32,000 nt of DNA from Dubosiella newyorkensis. GTDB taxonomy: Bacteria > Bacillota_I > Bacilli_A > Erysipelotrichales > Erysipelotrichaceae. Position numbers and translations under genes: made by a program. The stretch spans positions 120,001 through 152,000 of the forward strand of contig NZ_MPKA01000044.1 of NCBI RefSeq assembly GCF_001945605.1, in the 5' to 3' direction. The notes beneath the pieces are model-generated. The model did no database searches. It was given only the letters and a program-made list of their open reading frames with translations, and was not told the DNA's origin. This document shows, piece by piece, positions 27,482 through 32,000 of this stretch; position 1 is the stretch's first letter; each line of letters starts with the position of its first letter.

Positions 27482-28471
27482 ATGGTCGGTATCGTAATAG
27501 CCAGCCATGGTGAGTTCGCAAGTGGTATTTTTCAATCCGGACAAATGATTTTTGGAGAACAACCAAATGTCAAAGCCTGTACCTTGATGCCACATGAAGG
27601 ACCGGATGACATTCGCAAAAAAATGGAAGACGCGATCGCCTCTTTTGAAGATCCAGAACAAGTGCTGTTCTTGATCGATCTTTGGGGAGGAACACCGTTC
27701 AACCAAGCCAATGCGCTCTTTGACGGTCATGAAAAAACATGGGCGATCGTGACAGGCTTGAATCTACCAATGCTTATTGAATCGTACGCATCGAGAATGA
27801 GCATGGACAATGCCCAAGAGATCGCTGCGCACGTGATGCAATCCGCAAAAGAAGGTATCATGATCAAGCCAGAAGATCTAGCGCCAAAAGAAGAAAAAAA
27901 GGAAGAAGTCAAATCCAATCAGCCAACGGGCGCGATCCCAGAAGGAACCGTGCTTGGCGATGGACACATTAAATATGTGCTAGCGCGGATCGATTCTCGT
28001 CTACTGCATGGACAAGTCGCTACATCATGGACAAAATCAACACAACCAGACAGGATCATCGTCGTCTCAGATGGTGTCGCGCACGATCGTCTCCGCAAAA
28101 ATATGATCATTCAAGCGGCGCCTCCAGGAGTCAAAGTCAATGTCGTCCCGATCAAAAAGATGATCGAGGTGGCCAAGGATCCGCGATTCGGCGCTACAAA
28201 AGCGATGGTTTTGTTCGAAACGCCACAAGACGCTTTAAAAGCGATCGAAGGAGGCGTAGATATCAAGACCCTCAATGTAGGAAGCATGGCGCATTCTGAA
28301 GGAAAAGTCGCCGTCAATAAAGTGTTATCGTTCAATCAAAACGATGTGGATACGTATGAGAAGCTGAAAAAACTTGGCGTAAAATTCGATGTTCGAAAGG
28401 TGCCAAACGATTCAGGTGAAAACATGGACGCGATTCTGCAAAAAGCAAAAGCAGAAATCGCTAAGAAATAG
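27482..28471 (+). CDS. manX: PTS mannose-family EIIAB component
   Basis: IIA N-terminus MVGIVIASHGEFASG (active His), a charged linker and the IIB motif ARIDSRLLHGQVAT. I prefer ATG 27482 (AAGGAGGAAAAAT RBS). Confidence 0.92.
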   Translation: MVGIVIASHGEFASGIFQSGQMIFGEQPNVKACTLMPHEGPDDIRKKMEDAIASFEDPEQVLFLIDLWGGTPFNQANALFDGHEKTWAIVTGLNLPMLIESYASRMSMDNAQEIAAHVMQSAKEGIMIKPEDLAPKEEKKEEVKSNQPTGAIPEGTVLGDGHIKYVLARIDSRLLHGQVATSWTKSTQPDRIIVVSDGVAHDRLRKNMIIQAAPPGVKVNVVPIKKMIEVAKDPRFGATKAMVLFETPQDALKAIEGGVDIKTLNVGSMAHSEGKVAVNKVLSFNQNDVDTYEKLKKLGVKFDVRKVPNDSGENMDAILQKAKAEIAKK

Positions 28472-28482
28472 GAGAAAGATCG

Positions 28483-29295
28483 ATGTCAATATTCACGATT
28501 ATCATGATAATCTTAATTGCCTTTCTTGCAGGGATGGGCGGTATTCTCGATGAATTCCAATTCCATCAACCTCTTGTAGCCTGCACATTGATCGGCATGG
28601 TTTCTGGTCAGCTAGAAGCTGGCGTCATACTTGGTGGAAGCTTGCAGATGATCGCGCTTGGCTGGGCCAACATTGGAGCAGCCGTCGCGCCCGATGCAGC
28701 CCTTGCCTCTGTGGCCAGCGCCATCATTCTTGTTCAAAGTGGAATGGGCGTGGAAGGAATCGGTTCTTCGATCGCTGTTGCGATCCCACTCGCTGTTGCT
28801 GGTTTGTTCTTGACGATGCTTGCCCGTACATTAGCCGTACCGATGGTACATATGATGGATAAAGCAGCTGAAAATGCAGAATTTGGAAAGATCCAATTGT
28901 GGCAAGTGTTAGCCATTTGCATGCAAGGACTTCGTATCGCGATCCCGGCAGCCGCTTTGTTGTTCATTCCAGCAGAAATCGTTCAAAACTTCTTGCAAAG
29001 CATGCCGGCTTGGTTGACGGACGGTATGTCGATTGGTGGAGGCATGGTCGTAGCGGTTGGTTACGCGATGGTCATCAATATGATGGCGACTCGCGAAGTT
29101 TGGCCATTCTTTGCGATCGGTTTCTGTATTGCTGCGATCAGCGAATTGACTTTGATGGCTATTGGTGCGATCGGTGTCGCTTTCGCGCTGATCTACCTTC
29201 AACTCTACGATCGTGGAGCAGCCGCAAACGCAGGCGGAGTTGGAAACGGCAACTCTGGCGATCCTCTAGGCGATATCCTAGACGATTATGAATAA
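28483..29295 (+). CDS. manY: PTS mannose-family EIIC component
   Basis: Polytopic membrane protein with a typical IIC-Man N-terminus (AFLAGMGGILDEFQFHQPLVACTLIG). Position between IIAB and IID. Confidence 0.92.
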   Translation: MSIFTIIMIILIAFLAGMGGILDEFQFHQPLVACTLIGMVSGQLEAGVILGGSLQMIALGWANIGAAVAPDAALASVASAIILVQSGMGVEGIGSSIAVAIPLAVAGLFLTMLARTLAVPMVHMMDKAAENAEFGKIQLWQVLAICMQGLRIAIPAAALLFIPAEIVQNFLQSMPAWLTDGMSIGGGMVVAVGYAMVINMMATREVWPFFAIGFCIAAISELTLMAIGAIGVAFALIYLQLYDRGAAANAGGVGNGNSGDPLGDILDDYE

Positions 29296-29309
29296 AAAAG
29301 GAGAGTATC

Positions 29310-30221
29310 ATGGCAGAAAAAGTAAGGCTCGATAAAAAAGAGAGAATGCAGGTCGCTTGGCGCTCCACCTTTTTACAAGGTTCATGGAACTATGAACGAA
29401 TGCAAAACGGGGGATTTTGTTATGCGATGATCCCAGCCATCAAGGCGTTATACAAAAATAAAGAAGATCAAGTCGCCGCTTTGAAGCGACACTTAGAATT
29501 CTTCAACACCCATCCATATATGGCGTCTCCGATCATTGGTGTCACGCTTGCGCTCGAAGAAGATCGCGCGCATGGTTCGAATGTAGACGATCAAACGATC
29601 AACGGTGTCAAAGTCGGTATGATGGGTCCTTTAGCAGGCGTTGGTGATCCAGTCTTCTGGTTTACGCTTCGTCCTATGCTTGGCGCATTAGGCGCTTCCT
29701 TGGCTATGTCCGGAAACGTTTTAGGACCGATCATCTTCTTCTTGGCATGGAATATCATTCGTTGGGCGTTCATGTGGTATACCCAAGAATTTGGCTATAA
29801 AGCCGGAATGAAGATCACAGACGACTTGTCTGGAGGACTTCTTCAAAAAGTGACGAAGGGAGCCTCGATCTTAGGTATGTTCGTGCTCGGCTCGCTTGTA
29901 GAGCGTTGGGTCACGATCAACTTCAAGCCAGTCGTATCGACTGTACAGCTTCAAGATGGCGCCTTTATCGATTGGGACGCTTTGATCCAAGACAAATATG
30001 GAATTCGCGAAGCGCTCATTCAACAAGGACAAGGTTTGTCTTTGACTCCAGAAAAAGTGACGACGCTCCAAGACAACTTGAACTCGTTGATTCCTGGACT
30101 CGTACCATTGTTGTTGACACTCTTCTGCATGTGGTTGCTGAAGAAGAATGTTTCACCGATCGTGATCATCATTGGCTTGTTTATCGTCGGTATTTTAGGT
30201 CACTTGATCGGACTTCTATAA
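29310..30221 (+). CDS. manZ: PTS mannose-family EIID component
   Basis: WRSTFLQGSWNYERMQNGGFCYAMIPA and HLEFFNTHPYMASPIIG signatures. Confidence 0.92.
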   Translation: MAEKVRLDKKERMQVAWRSTFLQGSWNYERMQNGGFCYAMIPAIKALYKNKEDQVAALKRHLEFFNTHPYMASPIIGVTLALEEDRAHGSNVDDQTINGVKVGMMGPLAGVGDPVFWFTLRPMLGALGASLAMSGNVLGPIIFFLAWNIIRWAFMWYTQEFGYKAGMKITDDLSGGLLQKVTKGASILGMFVLGSLVERWVTINFKPVVSTVQLQDGAFIDWDALIQDKYGIREALIQQGQGLSLTPEKVTTLQDNLNSLIPGLVPLLLTLFCMWLLKKNVSPIVIIIGLFIVGILGHLIGLL

Positions 30222-30244
30222 TATAGAAAGAATAGAGGTGGCGC

Positions 30245-30646
30245 ATGCTAGAGGAAATGGTTGCATCAAAAAACACATCAGTCGATCTTGTCGCGAAGGG
30301 AACTTCCTTTTTAGGGTTGAGCTCTTATGGACAAATCATGGTCGGCAACAACGCTTTTGAATTTTACAACGATCGAAATGTAGCCGATTATATCCAAATT
30401 CCTTGGGAAGAAGTCGATTATGTTTGTGCATCTGTGTACTTTAAAGGCAAATGGATTCCTCGGTATGCGATCGCCACGCTTCATAATGGAACATACACAT
30501 TTGCTTCGAAAGAACCATTAAAAGTGTTGAAAGCGATCAAAAAATATGTTCCAGCTGATCATATCGTTAAGTCTTTGACCTTTTTTCAAGTCGTCAAGCG
30601 TGGCTTGAAGCGAAAAGAGAAAGACCCAGCAAAAAGCGCCAATTGA
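30245..30646 (+). CDS. manO: DUF956-family protein (ManO-like) associated with man-PTS operons
   Basis: GQIMVGNNAFEFYNDRNVADYIQIPWEEVDYV and KWIPRYAI motifs. From memory of homologs, the true start may be the second ATG at 30257 (MVASKNTSVDL). Confidence 0.8.
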   Translation: MLEEMVASKNTSVDLVAKGTSFLGLSSYGQIMVGNNAFEFYNDRNVADYIQIPWEEVDYVCASVYFKGKWIPRYAIATLHNGTYTFASKEPLKVLKAIKKYVPADHIVKSLTFFQVVKRGLKRKEKDPAKSAN

Positions 30647-30660
30647 CGGCGCTTTTTTTT
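30631..30660 (+). terminator. Rho-independent terminator of the man operon
   Basis: AAAAAGCGCC-AATTGAC-GGCGCTTTTT followed by a T8 run. The manO stop lies in the loop. Confidence 0.8.
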
Positions 30661-30668
30661 AGGAGGTT

Positions 30669-30677
30669 TGCTATAAT
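30669..30677 (+). promoter_or_regulatory. Extended -10 promoter element (TGcTATAAT)
   Basis: The 13-mer GTTTGCTATAATG is identical to the one in the tRNA-Ser promoter. It lies 31 nt upstream of ATG 30708. Confidence 0.5.
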
Positions 30678-30707
30678 GGTTGGAAAAGGAAGAAAGAAGG
30701 AAAATGT

Positions 30708-31265
30708 ATGTTTGAAATGAATACAGGCTTACAATGGATCATTTCGATCGGATTGATCGCTTATGTGGGCTATTCCTTGTTCAAAACAGGAAAAGAATTT
30801 AGAGAATACCGCAAGAATTCGAAAGAATATCTCGCCAAACACAAGGACGCGAAAGAAGAGCATTATGGGATATGGCAATGCACGCTGCTTGTGATCATGA
30901 CGATCGCTTGTTTAGGGATGGCGCTTTTTGCTCAACTATTTTCAGTGGACGAAAGCCAATTGCTGCTCTATCGAGTCGCTTATTTATGTATTGGGATCTT
31001 GTTTGTCGGATTGACAATGGAGATGTGGATCCATCGCTCGATCATTTTTACAGAAGATGGTTTTTTTATCGGAACGAGAGCATATCGTTATCGTATGATC
31101 ACAACCTTGGAAAAAAGCAAGGGGATCATCAAAACGATCCGTGTTCTTTTTCAAAATGGCGATGTGATCCAAGTCTCGCTGAAGATCGGAGAACTGATAC
31201 GCGTCCGCTATAATGAATTTAAGGCGATCAAAAAAGAAAAGAAAGAAAAAAGGAGACGTCGATGA
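30708..31265 (+). CDS. Hypothetical membrane protein (3 TM plus a basic C-terminal domain)
   Basis: Three hydrophobic segments, a soluble C-terminal region and a KKEKKEKRRRR tail. AAGGA RBS 6 nt upstream. Confidence 0.6.
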   Translation: MFEMNTGLQWIISIGLIAYVGYSLFKTGKEFREYRKNSKEYLAKHKDAKEEHYGIWQCTLLVIMTIACLGMALFAQLFSVDESQLLLYRVAYLCIGILFVGLTMEMWIHRSIIFTEDGFFIGTRAYRYRMITTLEKSKGIIKTIRVLFQNGDVIQVSLKIGELIRVRYNEFKAIKKEKKEKRRRR

Positions 31266-32000
31266 AGCTCTTCCTGAGCGATGTGGATGGAACTCTTTTG
31301 AGCTATGACCATCATGTGCGCAAAGAAGATATCGAAGCGATCAAAGTCTGGCAAGCCAAAGGGGATCTTTTTGGACTCGTTAGCGGAAGAGGCTATGCGT
31401 TTTGCACCGATCTGCTCAGGGAGCATGGAATAAAAAGCGATGTTTTGATCACCAACAATGGTGCTTGCGCCTATATAAAAGATGAATGCGTCTTTTCAGA
31501 TCCGATCGAGAAACAATCCGTGTTCACTGTCTTTGAAGACCTTAAAACGATGAAAGAAGCCCTTATTCCGTTTATCACGATGGACGATGGGTATCATTAT
31601 GCGCGAAAAGAAGAGCTCGCTCTTCTCAAACAAAAACAAGCGCATTTGAAAAATTTTGGTGAAGGGGATGTTTTAGAAGAAGTGAAGGCGGGAAAAAAAG
31701 TATACAAGATCAGTCTTTATGTCTTTGATCCGAAAATGACCGATCGGCTCCTCGCTCTGTTTCAAGCAAAATGGCCTGCTTTGAATGTATCCAAAACGTC
31801 GATCGACTATATTGAGATCACCAATCAAGGGGTAGATAAAAGAAAAGCTTTTGACGCTTTAGAACAAAATATGGCGATCGATCGGGAACGCGTCGCTTTT
31901 ATTGGAGATGGAAGCAACGATCTTCCTTTGTTTGACGCGCTCCCCCATACGTATGGCATGCCTCATACACCAGGCGAAGTAAAAAAACATGTGAATAAAA
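31262..32000 (+). CDS. Cof-type HAD-IIB family hydrolase/phosphatase, 3' end outside the window
   Basis: Not in the ORF track because no stop falls in the window. My hand translation is open to nt 32000: MKLFLSDVDGTLL (HAD motif I) ... GLVSGRG ... IGDGSNDLPLF (motif IV). ATG 31262 overlaps the upstream TGA (ATGA). Confidence 0.8.
   Translation, partial: MKLFLSDVDGTLLSYDHHVRKEDIEAIKVWQAKGDLFGLVSGRGYAFCTDLLREHGIKSDVLITNNGACAYIKDECVFSDPIEKQSVFTVFEDLKTMKEALIPFITMDDGYHYARKEELALLKQKQAHLKNFGEGDVLEEVKAGKKVYKISLYVFDPKMTDRLLALFQAKWPALNVSKTSIDYIEITNQGVDKRKAFDALEQNMAIDRERVAFIGDGSNDLPLFDALPHTYGMPHTPGEVKKHVNK

Noticed and set aside
28899-29291. Alternate-frame ORFs inside PTS and CDF genes (28899-29291, 29906-30226, 28027-28299, 13294-13701)
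   Set aside because: They are Arg/Ser-rich, low-complexity translations fully embedded in confidently identified genes, with no RBS.

Overview
Gene-dense chromosomal window, mostly on the + strand, from a Gram-positive (Bacillota-type) genome. Supporting signs are Shine-Dalgarno RBSs, a CIRCE/HrcA-controlled dnaK operon, LPXTG-type sorting signals and a man-type PTS followed by a DUF956 gene. The species cannot be assigned from the sequence alone. All protein calls come from reading motifs by eye; no searches were run. Gene order: hslO (5' partial)-dus | glgB | split transketolase plus a coupled RsmC-like methyltransferase | small orphan ORF | four-gene sortase-dependent pilus operon (large adhesin, shaft pilin, class C sortase, coupled lipoprotein) | tRNA-Ser(CGA) | CDF transporter converging on a DeoR regulator | orphan 87-aa ORF converging on pgeF plus a 59-aa ORF missing from the ORF track | hrcA-grpE-dnaK-dnaJ | tandem 40-bp repeats plus an AT-rich AlbA_2/HATPase_c_4/wHTH gene | flavodoxin-like reductase and two aldo-keto reductases divergent from a LysR regulator | membrane-anchored XRE regulator converging on a YoaK-like protein and a PaaI thioesterase | manXYZ-manO | membrane protein | Cof-type HAD (3' partial). 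I found no CRISPR array, transposase, integrase or rRNA. Three places look most promising for new biology. (1) The pilus operon has a possible thioester adhesin domain, a non-canonical LPNTA signal, no basal pilin and an unexplained lipoprotein coupled to the sortase. (2) A single AT-rich Schlafen-like AlbA_2/HATPase_c_4 gene follows dnaJ and is preceded by iteron-like repeats. (3) Smaller oddities include an A10 tract inside the LysR gene, two leaderless-looking transcripts and strong GATC enrichment. None of this proves a new system.
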